DNA from: an uncultured bacterium
GTDB taxonomy: Bacteria; Planctomycetota; UBA8742; UBA2392
Direction of reading: 5' to 3'
NCBI GenBank assembly: GCA_938014885.1
Contig: CALLQI010000004.1
Span: forward strand, 94,578 to 158,577
DNA: 64,000 nucleotides
Below the pieces are notes generated by a model. The model was not told the DNA's origin, ran no database searches, and saw nothing but the letters and a program-made list of their open reading frames with translations. The position numbers and the translations under genes were made by a program. Within the stretch, counting starts at the first letter, position 1. Every line of letters begins with the position of its first letter. Below are positions 19,194-28,900 of this stretch, piece by piece.

Positions 19194-19453
19194 GGCTTGT
19201 CCTCCGCGATTGGTGGCGATATCGGAGCCACGTTCTCGGCACTCAGTACGGTCAATTCAGTCTGGTTGGATGTCGCAAAGCCGCCCACGCGCCAGTACGC
19301 GATGCACAGCATCAGCAGGCCGATGAACGACAGCCCGAACACGATGCCCACAAAGATCGCGGCGTCGTAGGCACCCTCCTCACAAAACAGGCACGCGTGC
19401 AGCGGCGAGGCCAGCAGCGGCAGCAGCAGCACGATCCAGCGCGAGCTTCGCAT
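19190..19453 (-). CDS. Small membrane protein in the cbb3 oxidase operon
   Basis: 87 aa, two hydrophobic helices, a CLFCEEG motif; ends 3 nt before the ccoOP stop. Confidence 0.4.
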   Translation of the reverse strand: MRSSRWIVLLLPLLASPLHACLFCEEGAYDAAIFVGIVFGLSFIGLLMLCIAYWRVGGFATSNQTELTVLSAENVAPISPPIAEDKP

Positions 19454-19455
19454 GG

Positions 19456-20673
19456 CTACTCCTTCACCTTGTACTGCTCACGATCAAACAGCGACGCCAT
19501 GTACGCGATCAGCGCATCGACCTCGGCGGGCTTCAGGTTCGGGAATGCCACCATGGCGCTGCCCGGGCGGCCTTCCTTCAACACGCGGCGCACTTCATCG
19601 GGGTGATACAACCGGTCGCGGAAGTGCTTCGGCGCCGGGCCGCCGGCAAACGACTTCGACATCGCGGCCGGGACGACTCCGTTTTCACCGTGGCAGGCCT
19701 GGCACTGCGTGCGGTACAGCTCGCGGCCTTGCGCCAGCACGGCTTCGCTGGCCTTGGCGGGGGCCAGCGCCGGCTTCAGCGCGGGCTCGCCCAGCGCGTT
19801 CACGTACTGGCTGAGCGCCCACAGGTCTTTCTCGGTCAGTTCGGCGAAGCTTGGCATGGCGCTGCCTTCGCTGCCCATGAACAGGATGCGGAACACTTCC
19901 TCGCGCGGCAGATAGCGCTTGGTCAGGTCGCTCGCGCCGGGCTTCAGGAAGTCAATCGCCAGCCCCTTGCCGTCGCCGGCCGTACCGTGGCAGCCGCTGC
20001 AGTAGTGCTGGAAAAGCTCCGCCCCGCGTGTGGCCTGTAACTCGGTGGCCTCGGGCGCGCCGGAGACCGTCACGCGGTCCGGCCACACCTGCTTGCGGAC
20101 TTCTTCTTTGAAGTGGATGCCGAGGTATTGCAGGTAGGCAACCAGGTCAGTGGCCTTTTCCGTGGGGATCCAAGTGTCGCCCTGCTGCTCAAACAGCCAC
20201 GAGTACTTGGGCATGATGCTGCCGGGCACGGTGGTGCGCGGGTTCCACAGGTGGGCGAGGTGCCAGTCGTCGCTGCGGCGACCTGCTTCGCGGCTCAGAT
20301 CCGGGCCGATGCGCCGCGTGCCGTACAGTTGCGGCACGTCGTGCATGGCTTCCCAGGCCTGGCTGCGCGGGCCGTAGCGGAACTCTTCGTTGGCGACCGG
20401 CCTCACGAACTGGCTGTGGCAGTGCCAGCAGCCCTCGGCGATGTAGATTTCGCGCCCGCGGCCGATGGCGTTGAGCTCGCCGTTTTCGTCAACGTAGGGG
20501 TTCACGAATTCTTCGGGTGGCTCCTGCCCGATTACGCTTAGCCACGGCAGAACGCCCATGGCCACGAACGACAGCAGAAAGAAGCCCACACCGGCCACGA
20601 GCAGCACAAACATCGGGCGCTCGGCTTTGCCTTCGGCGGGGGGCTTCGTGTGGTTATCGGCGGCTTCAGCCAT
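19456..20673 (-). CDS. cbb3-type cytochrome c oxidase fused CcoO/CcoP subunit (three heme-c sites)
   Basis: An N-terminal TM helix, then CWHCHS (CcoO-type monoheme), followed by CSGCHG and CQACHG (CcoP-type diheme). Start at ATG 20673 with GGAGG upstream; overlaps the ccoN stop by 8 nt. Confidence 0.85.
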   Translation of the reverse strand: MAEAADNHTKPPAEGKAERPMFVLLVAGVGFFLLSFVAMGVLPWLSVIGQEPPEEFVNPYVDENGELNAIGRGREIYIAEGCWHCHSQFVRPVANEEFRYGPRSQAWEAMHDVPQLYGTRRIGPDLSREAGRRSDDWHLAHLWNPRTTVPGSIMPKYSWLFEQQGDTWIPTEKATDLVAYLQYLGIHFKEEVRKQVWPDRVTVSGAPEATELQATRGAELFQHYCSGCHGTAGDGKGLAIDFLKPGASDLTKRYLPREEVFRILFMGSEGSAMPSFAELTEKDLWALSQYVNALGEPALKPALAPAKASEAVLAQGRELYRTQCQACHGENGVVPAAMSKSFAGGPAPKHFRDRLYHPDEVRRVLKEGRPGSAMVAFPNLKPAEVDALIAYMASLFDREQYKVKE

Positions 20674-22072
20674 TGGACACCTCCAGGCCAACTTTGCCGT
20701 TCTTGACGAAGAACAGATTCCAGACCAGGAACACCATGCTGAGCATCAGGAACACGCCGCTGATCGCGCGGGTCATCCAGAATGGCATGGCGGCCTCGAG
20801 CGAATCCTGCAGCGGCAGGGTGGTCAGCCAGAAGAAGCCCTGCATCAGGCCGGCGATGGTGTCCGGGATGTAGTACAGCACCCAGAACGCGATGAGCGTG
20901 ACCCAGAAGTGCGCCTCGGCCAGTTTGCGGTTGTAGCCCCGGCCGGTGATGCGCGGCCAGATCCAGTAGATGAAAGCGTACAGCCACCAGCTGAACACAC
21001 CGAACAGCGCCAGGTGCGCGTGCGCCACAACCCAGTCGGTGAAGTGCACCACCTGCTGCACTGATAGCAGCGCGTGGAACGGTCCCTGGGTGCAGGTCAC
21101 GATGTAGTTGAACAGGCCAAACGCCAGAAAGCGCAGCGGGATGTCGCTGGCAAGCTGGCTCCACTTGCCGCGCATGGTGGCAAAGAAGTTGTAGACCACG
21201 CTGTAGACCACGAAGATCAGCGTGAAGGTCAGCGGCACCGCAAGCATCTGCAACCACCAGGGCACCGGGCTGTAGAAGTAGTGGTGGCTGCCGCCCAGCG
21301 GGTAGAAGAAGGCCAGTGTCCAAAAGCCCAGCAGGCTCAGCTTATGGCTGGCAATCGGCTTCTTCAGCACCACGGGCAGCAGGTAATATATGATCGCCGC
21401 GCCCATCGGCGTCACCCACAGGCCCACCGCGTTGTGGATCCACAGGCCCGACAGCGCAGCCCCGGCCGCACCGGGCGCCACGAATGCCACGATGCTGTTG
21501 GCCATCACGAAGTTCAGCGCGGTGAAGATGAAGCCGAGAATCAGGTACCACGCGCTGACGTACAGGTTGCGCACGCCGGACAGCAGGATCGTGCCCACGC
21601 AGGAAACCAGCGTCGCCACGAAGCAGACGGCAAACGCGGCGTCGGCCCACCACGGGGCCTCAGTGTGTTCCACGGCCTGCGCGTGGCCCATCAGGATCGC
21701 GCCGCCGCCCAGCACCAGCGCCACCTGTGTCAGCGGCGCAAAGATCTTGGCCAGCTTGGGCAGAAACAGGTCGCGCCCCACCAAACGCGGGATCGCGTAG
21801 TAAGCGAACGCAAAGAACCCGTTCGTCAGCCACCCGAAGATCACGCTGTGCGTGTGGAACATGCGGATGCGGCCGAAACTCAGCGCGGCCGAATCGCCCA
21901 AAAACTCGGCGGCCTCGGGGCTGGTCAATCGATAACCCATCAGCGTGCCGCCAAGCATGCCGATGCCCAGCCACACGATGGCCGCAACGATATGGAATTT
22001 GACCAGTCCCAACTGGTCGGTTGGTGCGCGAACGGGCTTTGCAGGCGCGTCCTTGGGCTCTGTCTCCGGCAT
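20666..22072 (-). CDS. ccoN: cbb3-type cytochrome c oxidase subunit I
   Basis: 12-TM heme-copper oxidase with CcoN-like blocks (HTHSVIFGW, WVVAHAHLALFGVF). Start at ATG 22072 (MPETEPKD) with GGAGAG upstream. Confidence 0.9.
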   Translation of the reverse strand: MPETEPKDAPAKPVRAPTDQLGLVKFHIVAAIVWLGIGMLGGTLMGYRLTSPEAAEFLGDSAALSFGRIRMFHTHSVIFGWLTNGFFAFAYYAIPRLVGRDLFLPKLAKIFAPLTQVALVLGGGAILMGHAQAVEHTEAPWWADAAFAVCFVATLVSCVGTILLSGVRNLYVSAWYLILGFIFTALNFVMANSIVAFVAPGAAGAALSGLWIHNAVGLWVTPMGAAIIYYLLPVVLKKPIASHKLSLLGFWTLAFFYPLGGSHHYFYSPVPWWLQMLAVPLTFTLIFVVYSVVYNFFATMRGKWSQLASDIPLRFLAFGLFNYIVTCTQGPFHALLSVQQVVHFTDWVVAHAHLALFGVFSWWLYAFIYWIWPRITGRGYNRKLAEAHFWVTLIAFWVLYYIPDTIAGLMQGFFWLTTLPLQDSLEAAMPFWMTRAISGVFLMLSMVFLVWNLFFVKNGKVGLEVSNG

Positions 22073-22119
22073 GGCTCTCTCCGTGCGGGAATCGCTTCTG
22101 CACGGATACTGGCAACAAT

Positions 22120-22215
22120 CACGGCGCAATACAAGTAACTATAAAAAGGATAAAATAGCCCTAGTAACTCCTATATTTTGAATCCCTGTTATGTCTTTGA
22201 ACACATCTTTAATCG
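22120..22215. promoter_or_regulatory. AT-rich divergent promoter island between ccoN (-) and xseA (+)
   Basis: acaagtaactataaaaaggataaaatagccctagtaactcctatattttgaatccctgttatgtctttgaacacatctttaatcgc is sharply AT-rich in an otherwise high-GC sequence. It contains a direct repeat of AGTAACT. Confidence 0.35.
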
Positions 22216-22268
22216 CAAGCCCACGCCGCGCGCTCGCCGGGCGTCGCACCCTTCGCTACCATCCCGCC

Positions 22269-23465
22269 ATGCCTGAGCCGATCACCGTTACTGACCTCAG
22301 CAACCGTATCAAGCGCCACCTTGAGCCCGAGTTCGCCAGCGTGCTGGTGGCCGGCGAGATCGGCAACTTCCGCGGTCAGCACCATTCCGGCCACGTGTAC
22401 TGCAACTTCAAAGATGAAGGCGCGAGCATCCGGCTGATCATCTGGCGCGGCACCTTTGAGCGCCTGAAGTTCGCGCTGAAAGACGGGCTTGAGGTCATCA
22501 TCAACGGCAAGCTCGACGTCTACGCCCGCCGCGGCGAATACAGCCTGGTCGCCAACAGCATTGAGCCCCGCGGCGTCGGCGGACTGCAACTGGCCTTCCA
22601 GCAACTGGTGCAGCGCCTTGAGGCCGAAGGCCTGTTCGACGCCGAACGCAAGCGCCCGTTGCCGGCCTACCCGCGCCGTGTGGCCGTCATCACCAGCCCC
22701 ACCGGCGCCGCGATCCGCGACATCATCACCACCGCGCGCCGGCGCAACCGCCTCGTCGAGCTGCTGGTGGTGCCGGTGAAGGTCCAGGGTGACGGCGCCG
22801 GTGAAAGCGTCGCGCGCGCGATCCGCCGCCTGAACGCGCTGAACGCGGTGCTGGGCGTGGACGTGATCATCGCCGGGCGCGGCGGCGGCAGCCTGGAGGA
22901 CCTGTGGGCCTTCAACGAAGAAGTCGTGGCCCGCGCGATCTTCGAAAGCGAAATCCCCGTCGTCAGCGCCGTCGGCCACGAAGTGGACACCACTGTTGCC
23001 GACCTGGTCGCCGACGTGCGCGCGGCCACACCAACCGCCGCGGCGGAGCTGGTGGTGCCCGAGTACGCCTCAATGCTTGAGGCCGTGCAGGACCTGCGCA
23101 CGCGCCTCACGCGCGGGTTGCGCCACACCACGGAAATCTGGCGCGAAAGGCTGAGCACGCTGCAATCGCGGCTCGCGGCGATGGGCCCGGTGAACCAGGT
23201 GCGCCGCGAACAGCAGCGGCTGGATTACCTGTATGAGGGGATGGGCAACGCCATGCGCAACCTGCTGAAGTCGCGCAGTGCCGCGGCAACCGGACTGGGC
23301 CAGCGCCTTCACGCGCTAAGCCCGCTGGCGGTACTCGAGCGCGGCTACAGCATCACCCGCAACGAGGCCGGAAAGGTGCTGAAGTCGCCAACCGAAGCGG
23401 CACCGGGCGAAGTAATCGTAAGCAAACTGGCCCAGGGCGAACTGCGAAGCCGCATAGAAGGCTAG
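22269..23465 (+). CDS. xseA: Exodeoxyribonuclease VII large subunit
   Basis: N-terminal OB fold (GEIGNFRGQHHSGHVYCNFKDEGASIRLIIWRG) and the XseA catalytic region; start at ATG 22269. Confidence 0.9.
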   Translation: MPEPITVTDLSNRIKRHLEPEFASVLVAGEIGNFRGQHHSGHVYCNFKDEGASIRLIIWRGTFERLKFALKDGLEVIINGKLDVYARRGEYSLVANSIEPRGVGGLQLAFQQLVQRLEAEGLFDAERKRPLPAYPRRVAVITSPTGAAIRDIITTARRRNRLVELLVVPVKVQGDGAGESVARAIRRLNALNAVLGVDVIIAGRGGGSLEDLWAFNEEVVARAIFESEIPVVSAVGHEVDTTVADLVADVRAATPTAAAELVVPEYASMLEAVQDLRTRLTRGLRHTTEIWRERLSTLQSRLAAMGPVNQVRREQQRLDYLYEGMGNAMRNLLKSRSAAATGLGQRLHALSPLAVLERGYSITRNEAGKVLKSPTEAAPGEVIVSKLAQGELRSRIEG

Positions 23466-25036
23466 GCGTCCAGCTCAAGCAGGCGGTTCAGCAGGCGCTG
23501 CTTTTGCTCAAGGTAGCTGGCGGGTGGCAGCTTGCCGGCCTTGTAGGCGGCTTCCAGGTCAACGATTGCGGCCAGCATTTCGCCGCGCGTGCCGGGAACT
23601 TTGGCCAGCACCTCAAGCTGCTTTTCGCGCGGCTTGCGCGCCGTGGCCACCAGCGCGCCCGCAAACGCGAGCCCGAACAGGATCGCCAGCCACTGGAACA
23701 CCACGTTCATCTTGATGCTGTCCTGCTTCGGCGCCACTTCGTCCGTGGGCTGCGGCTGCATCGCGCCATCGGCCAGGCCTTCTTCGATGTCGCGCATGCG
23801 CTGCTGCGCGCTTTCACTGAAGCCGATCACCCACTGCGCGGCTTCGGCGGCGTATAGCGCGGGCTGCTGTGCGGCCGCGAAGCTCTGGCTTCCGCGATCC
23901 TGCACGGGCTCGTTGTACAGGCGGCGGTGGTTTTCGGGCGCAAAGGCGCGCAGTGTCGCGTCACCGCCGACGCGGGCCTTGGCATTGCCGACCTCAAGCG
24001 GAAACGCGCGTTCAAGCTGCACCTTGTCGCCGGGGCTCAAATGCAGCACGCCGCCGCGATGCATGACGCGAATCGTGAGTGTACCCGGCCCGCTGCTGCC
24101 CGCCGGCGGCACCGGGCGGCGGAACACCAGCTTGCCGCTGCGGCCGGAAGGCGACGGCGTCTCGATGTACAGCGTCTCGCCCGCGCCGAGGTTGTGCAGC
24201 GCGATGTCGTCATTCAGCGCGTGCCAGGTGTCGGCGCTGCTGTGGGCCTGGTTCGGGTAGGGCAGCTTGCCGCCGTGCATGGCGTCGGCACCGCCGAAGG
24301 TCCAAGCCAGCCGCGTAAGCTCGTCGGGCGCGGCGCTGCTTGGCGGCCAATAGTTCGTGCCCTGGAAAAAGAACAGTTGCGAGCCATACAGGTTCGGCAG
24401 CTGGCGTGCGGTCACGCCGGGCGGCACGGCCACGGGCAGCTCAAGCTCAAGCAGGGCACCGCGCGCGGGGTCGTTGTTCTGTACTCGGATCGTTTCGATG
24501 AACGTCAGCAGGCCGTACTTGAGGTCGGCGCGCACGGCCGGCACGACATCCAGTTCATGCGAAGCGATCACGAGTTGCGACAGTTCACCCCCGAGCGGAA
24601 AGTACTCAAGCTCAATCGCCGCCGAGGGTGCCGCCGCCGTCAAGAACACCTCGCGCGCCAGCGGCCACCACACGCCGTCGAGTTGCGCCGCCAGTGCCAG
24701 CCGCGTGTCCAGCGGCAACTCGGTGAAGGCAAAGCTGCCGTCGCCTTGCGCGGGCGTGAACCAGCTTTGTTGCGGCACGGCAGCACCGCCCAGCCCGCCA
24801 AATTGCGTGGTCGGGGTTTCGCCGCGTGCCAGCGCGCTCATCGCATCCTGCCAGGTGCCGGCCGTCAGTTCGTTGAAGGGCGGGCTGCCTTCGGGCAGTG
24901 CAACCGCGCCCACCAGCGCGGCGTCGGCCAGAAACTCGTTTTGCCCACTGCGGTCTTTCAGTTTGCCCGTGATGCTGCCCTGGGCCGCGAGCGCGGCAGG
25001 CAGGCACAGCAGAATCGCGAGCAGCGCTGGTCTCAT
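23462..25036 (-). CDS. Secreted protein with a C-terminal TM anchor and short cytoplasmic tail, last gene of the ccm operon
   Basis: Signal peptide MRPALLAILLCLPAALAAQG; a C-terminal TM VVFQWLAILFGLAFAGALVA; a tail ...DLEAAYKAGKLPPASYLEQKQRLLNRLLELDA. Overlaps the upstream gene by 4 nt. Confidence 0.55.
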   Translation of the reverse strand: MRPALLAILLCLPAALAAQGSITGKLKDRSGQNEFLADAALVGAVALPEGSPPFNELTAGTWQDAMSALARGETPTTQFGGLGGAAVPQQSWFTPAQGDGSFAFTELPLDTRLALAAQLDGVWWPLAREVFLTAAAPSAAIELEYFPLGGELSQLVIASHELDVVPAVRADLKYGLLTFIETIRVQNNDPARGALLELELPVAVPPGVTARQLPNLYGSQLFFFQGTNYWPPSSAAPDELTRLAWTFGGADAMHGGKLPYPNQAHSSADTWHALNDDIALHNLGAGETLYIETPSPSGRSGKLVFRRPVPPAGSSGPGTLTIRVMHRGGVLHLSPGDKVQLERAFPLEVGNAKARVGGDATLRAFAPENHRRLYNEPVQDRGSQSFAAAQQPALYAAEAAQWVIGFSESAQQRMRDIEEGLADGAMQPQPTDEVAPKQDSIKMNVVFQWLAILFGLAFAGALVATARKPREKQLEVLAKVPGTRGEMLAAIVDLEAAYKAGKLPPASYLEQKQRLLNRLLELDA

Positions 25037-25449
25037 GTCGATTCGGGTGGGTTTGGCTTGGCCGACTGCATCGCCGCCAGCTCGGCGTCGATCTTCTTGC
25101 GAGCATTCGCGCGGCGCTGGGTCAGCTGGTCCAGCTGCATGGTCAGGCGCTTGGCGGCATCGAGGGCTTCGGCGCGATGCTTGTTGAATGAGGCTTCATC
25201 GACGCGACCGGCCAGACGGTCGTCTTCCAGGTCTTTCAGCGCGCGCAGGGCTTCCTCGCGGCGGCGGCTGACGATGGCGTACTCGCTTTCGACGTCGCCC
25301 ACGAACCACAGGCGCTTGCGGCGCGCAAGCGGCCAAAGGGTCAGCAGCAGCATGCCAAACAGCAATGGTGCCACGCGCCAGTCAATTGCGGCAGCCAGCA
25401 TGGCGGGCGCGGCCGAGGCCAGTAGCACGATCATCAGGCCCTTGTTCAT
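25033..25449 (-). CDS. Two-TM membrane protein with a cytoplasmic helical tail (CcmI N-terminal-like position)
   Basis: TM1/TM2 then ...DLEDDRLAGRVDEASFNKHRAEALDAAKRL, a motif resembling the tail of the neighbouring 524-aa protein. 4-nt overlaps on both sides. Confidence 0.5.
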   Translation of the reverse strand: MNKGLMIVLLASAAPAMLAAAIDWRVAPLLFGMLLLTLWPLARRKRLWFVGDVESEYAIVSRRREEALRALKDLEDDRLAGRVDEASFNKHRAEALDAAKRLTMQLDQLTQRRANARKKIDAELAAMQSAKPNPPEST

Positions 25450-25934
25450 GGCTGGTCCATTTCCTTCAGCTCGTTGGCGATGCGGCTGTCGAGCGTGCTG
25501 TCGTTGGCGGGCAGCGGCGCGGTCTCATCGGCGCTTTCTTCGGCGCTGGTGCGTTTGCGGGTGACGGTCCAGTAGCCAAAGCCGAACGCCGTCGCCAGCA
25601 CCGCCAGGCTGATCAGCAGCACCGGGTACAGGCTGCTGTTTTCGGGCACCTGCAGCACTTCGGGCCCGAAGCGCTTCACCATCTCCTGCTTGACTTGCCC
25701 GGCGCTGAGTTTGGGGTCGCGCACCAGCTCACGCAGATAGGAGCGCTCGGCGTCTTTTGAGCTGCACACGTTGTGGCTGCACGTGAGCAGGTTTTCGCGG
25801 CAGCCGCAAATGCAGAATAACTGTTCGCCGACTTCCTGGTACAGGCGCTCGGCGTCGTCAGGCGCTCGGGTCTGGGCGCTTAGCGGTGTCGCCAGGGGCG
25901 CGGCAACCAGTAGCAGCAGGATCAGCAGCTTCAT
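25446..25934 (-). CDS. ccmH: Cytochrome c-type biogenesis protein CcmH/NrfF family with an atypical C-I-C-G-C motif
   Basis: Signal peptide, then LFCICGCRENLLTCS aligned to the CcmH LRCxxCQNQ thiol motif, and a C-terminal TM; sits 3-prime of ccmF. Confidence 0.6.
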   Translation of the reverse strand: MKLLILLLLVAAPLATPLSAQTRAPDDAERLYQEVGEQLFCICGCRENLLTCSHNVCSSKDAERSYLRELVRDPKLSAGQVKQEMVKRFGPEVLQVPENSSLYPVLLISLAVLATAFGFGYWTVTRKRTSAEESADETAPLPANDSTLDSRIANELKEMDQP

Positions 25935-28900
25935 GCCTTCCTCCGGCGGCGCATCGTCGGAAGGAAGGCCATCACCGTGCCCAGCGCAATGATCGTGAGG
26001 CCGGTGAGGCCCATCAGCATCTGCGGCTTGATGAAGAAGCGGAAGGTGCCGGTGCCGTCAAGCTGCACGTCCTGCAGGATGAAGTAGAAGTCGCCGCTGA
26101 CGCGCCGGTGGATCGCGGGATCTTTGATCGCTTCCTGGGCGCGCGGCGCACCAGTGCGCTTGTCGTAGAACACGCGCATTCCCGGCGTCAGCGACATGGC
26201 GTCAGCTTCAATCACCGCGATTTCAGCGTCGATGCGGGTCAGTGCCTCGGCCATGCCCGTTATCTCGGCTTCTTTGCGCGCCATTCGCAGGCCCGCCAGG
26301 CTCAGCGGCCGCAGGCTTGTGAGCGCCTTTTGCGACTCGTCATTACCTGCGCCCTGCAGAACGATGTTGCGAACCATTTCGTTGCGCGTCTCGACAGCGT
26401 GGGCCTCAAGCGCGACCGTAAGTTGCTCAAGGCGCTGCATGACTTCAAAGCGGCGGGCCAGGAAGTCGCGTTCATCGACATCCAGGCCAAAGGTCTGGGC
26501 GAATTGCCCGTCGCCCTGGCCGCCGGCCTGCTCCAGCACCATCTTGTGCACTTCCGGCTGCTCGGCCCCCAGCAGCACGCCTTCTTCAGCTGCGGTCTTG
26601 AACGCGCGCTCGATTTCATCCAGCCGCGCGTTCAGTGCGGCGCGGATTGCGCTGACTTTCTCAGGCGACAGGCCGGAAATCGCGCCTTCAAGCTGGCTCT
26701 GTCGCGCGAATTCGGCGTCTGTGGCGGCCTTCAACCGCGCGCGTCCGGAAGCCCACTCCACGGGGAATTGCGCGCCCGCGCCCAGCGCGCCGCGCACGAA
26801 CATGCTGGCCAGCAGTTGCCCGGCCTCAGCGTCGCTTGCGACCCCCACCGGTGCCGTGAACGCAAGCCGCTGCGCCTCGCCAAATGCCTTGATGTAAGCG
26901 TCCGTGTCCAGCCTGGCGGGCGGCGTGTAAGCAAAGATGCGCAGGCTGCTGTCGAAGCGCTCGTACACGACTTTGCGGTCGCGCTGGTTGGCACCCCAGA
27001 TCAGCGCTGCTGCCATGCGCGGGAACGCCTGCTGCAATTGCGGCGGCCACTCGTCGCCGAACTCGCGGTCGAAGTCAGCCTTTTGCGCGGCGACCAGCGC
27101 GTTGGCGTCCTTGTCCGGGTTCTGCCGCACGTAGCGCAGCATGTTCTCGTACACGGCTGCGCGTTCCGGGTCGCGGGCGAAGATTTCCTGCACCGCGTCC
27201 CAGCCCTCAGTGCGCGAGTTGTCGTCGTACACGACCAGCCAGCGTGTGGCCGTAAGCTTGTCTTCCAGCACCGCATAGCCGCCCGGCCGCGCGATCACGG
27301 TGCCTTCAGCCTCATAGAAGCTGCTGTAGTAAATGCCCAGCGCGATCAGCAGCACGCCGATGTGAACGATGTAGCCGCCGTAGCGCCGCCGGTTGGCCAG
27401 GCTGACCTTCAGCATCGCCACGGCCACATTCTCGCGGGTGCTGCGGCTGCGGGCGCGGGCGCCGGCAAAGAATTCCATGACGATGCAGGTGAAGGTGAAG
27501 GCGCAGATCGGCCACAGCGTCAGCTGCACGCACAGCCGCACGGCCGCTGCCGCGTTGGCGATGGTATCGTCACGCCCGAGCTCAATCAGCAGCTCGCTGC
27601 GCATCAGCCAGATCGTGTTCACGACCCCCACCAGGATTGCGGCCGCGACCGGTGCTGTGAACGCGCGCACAAGCTGCTTGCCGCTGTTGCGATGCCACGC
27701 CAGCGACGGGCCAATGCCCATCAGGATCAGCGTCAGCAGGAACAGCGGGATGTTGATCATGATGAAGGCGTCGGGCCCAAGCTCAGTGCCTTCCTTCAGC
27801 CCGTACAGGTTGCGCGTGATCACGGGCCAGAAGGTGATCACCAGCGTCACCAGTGCAATCGCGATCAGCGCCAGGTTGTTCAGCAGGAAGCTGCCCTCGC
27901 GCGAGACGATGTTTTCGAGGCGGCGGTCCGGCTTCAGCAGCGGGTAGCGCCAGACCACGGCCAGCAGGCTGCCGATCAGCACCACGCCGAGAAAGCCATA
28001 GAACCAGACATCCACGTCGCCGGTGGCACCAAAGGCGTGCACGCTGTTGATGATGCCGCTGCGCACCAGGAAGGTGCCGATCACGGTCATGCAGTACGTG
28101 ATGATGATCAGCGCGAACGACCACATGCGCAGGATGCCCCGGCGCTCGGTCACGATCACCGAATGGATGAACGCGGTGCCGGTCAGCCACGGGATGAAGC
28201 TGGCGTTTTCAACCGGGTCCCAGGCCCAATAGCCGCCCCAGCCTAGAATCTCATAGGCCCACAGCCCGCCCAGCGCGATGCCGATGGTCAAAAAGCCCCA
28301 GGCCGCCATCGTCCACAGGCGAATCGGCCGCAGCCAGCCTTCGCCTACTTCGCCCGCCAGCAGGCTGCCGACGGCGTACGCAAAGGGCACGGTCAGGCCG
28401 ACGAAGCCCAGGTACAGCATGGGCGGGTGAATCGCGACCCAGTAGTTGTGCAGGGCCGGGTTCATGCCGTTGCCGTCGTAGCACTGGTCGATCAGCGCCT
28501 TCTGCACCTCGGGTGAAAGCTTGGCCGGGTCGGTCAGGATCAGCCGGTGGATCTCGGCCAGTTTCAGGTTCTCGCCGCCCGACAGGTACGCCTGCTGGAT
28601 CAGGTGGATCATGTCGTTGGGGCCGCGGAAGCCGGGCTTGGCCATGGCCTCACCGACGGTCAGCGTGCCGTGCCAGTACAGCAGGCGCTTGTCTTCATCC
28701 AACGTCGCCCCCACCAGCCAGTTGTAGCTCAGCGCAAAGGGGCTGCTGCGCTGTGCGGCCTCGGTGACGCTGGGCTCAAGCGCAAAGAACGAGGCCATGT
28801 CCGAGGGGCTGGTAATAATGAAGAAGAAAAAGAACTGCACCACCGAAAGCACCAGCAGTACCCACGGCAAACGCCGGTCCGTGCGGTTGTGGCGCTGGGT

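Noticed and set aside
22073-22129. Longer ccoN start at 22129 (MRRDCCQYPCRSDSRTERA...)
   Set aside because: ATG 22072 has a GGAGAG SD and begins at the conserved cytoplasmic N-terminus; the extension is an unconserved Cys/Arg-rich leader.
25886-28246. 786-aa ORF on + antisense to ccmF, and 23927..25564 (+, 545 aa) antisense to the ccm tail genes
   Set aside because: Antisense to genes with clear family signatures (WWD motif and others); Arg/Ala/Gly/His-rich junk composition.
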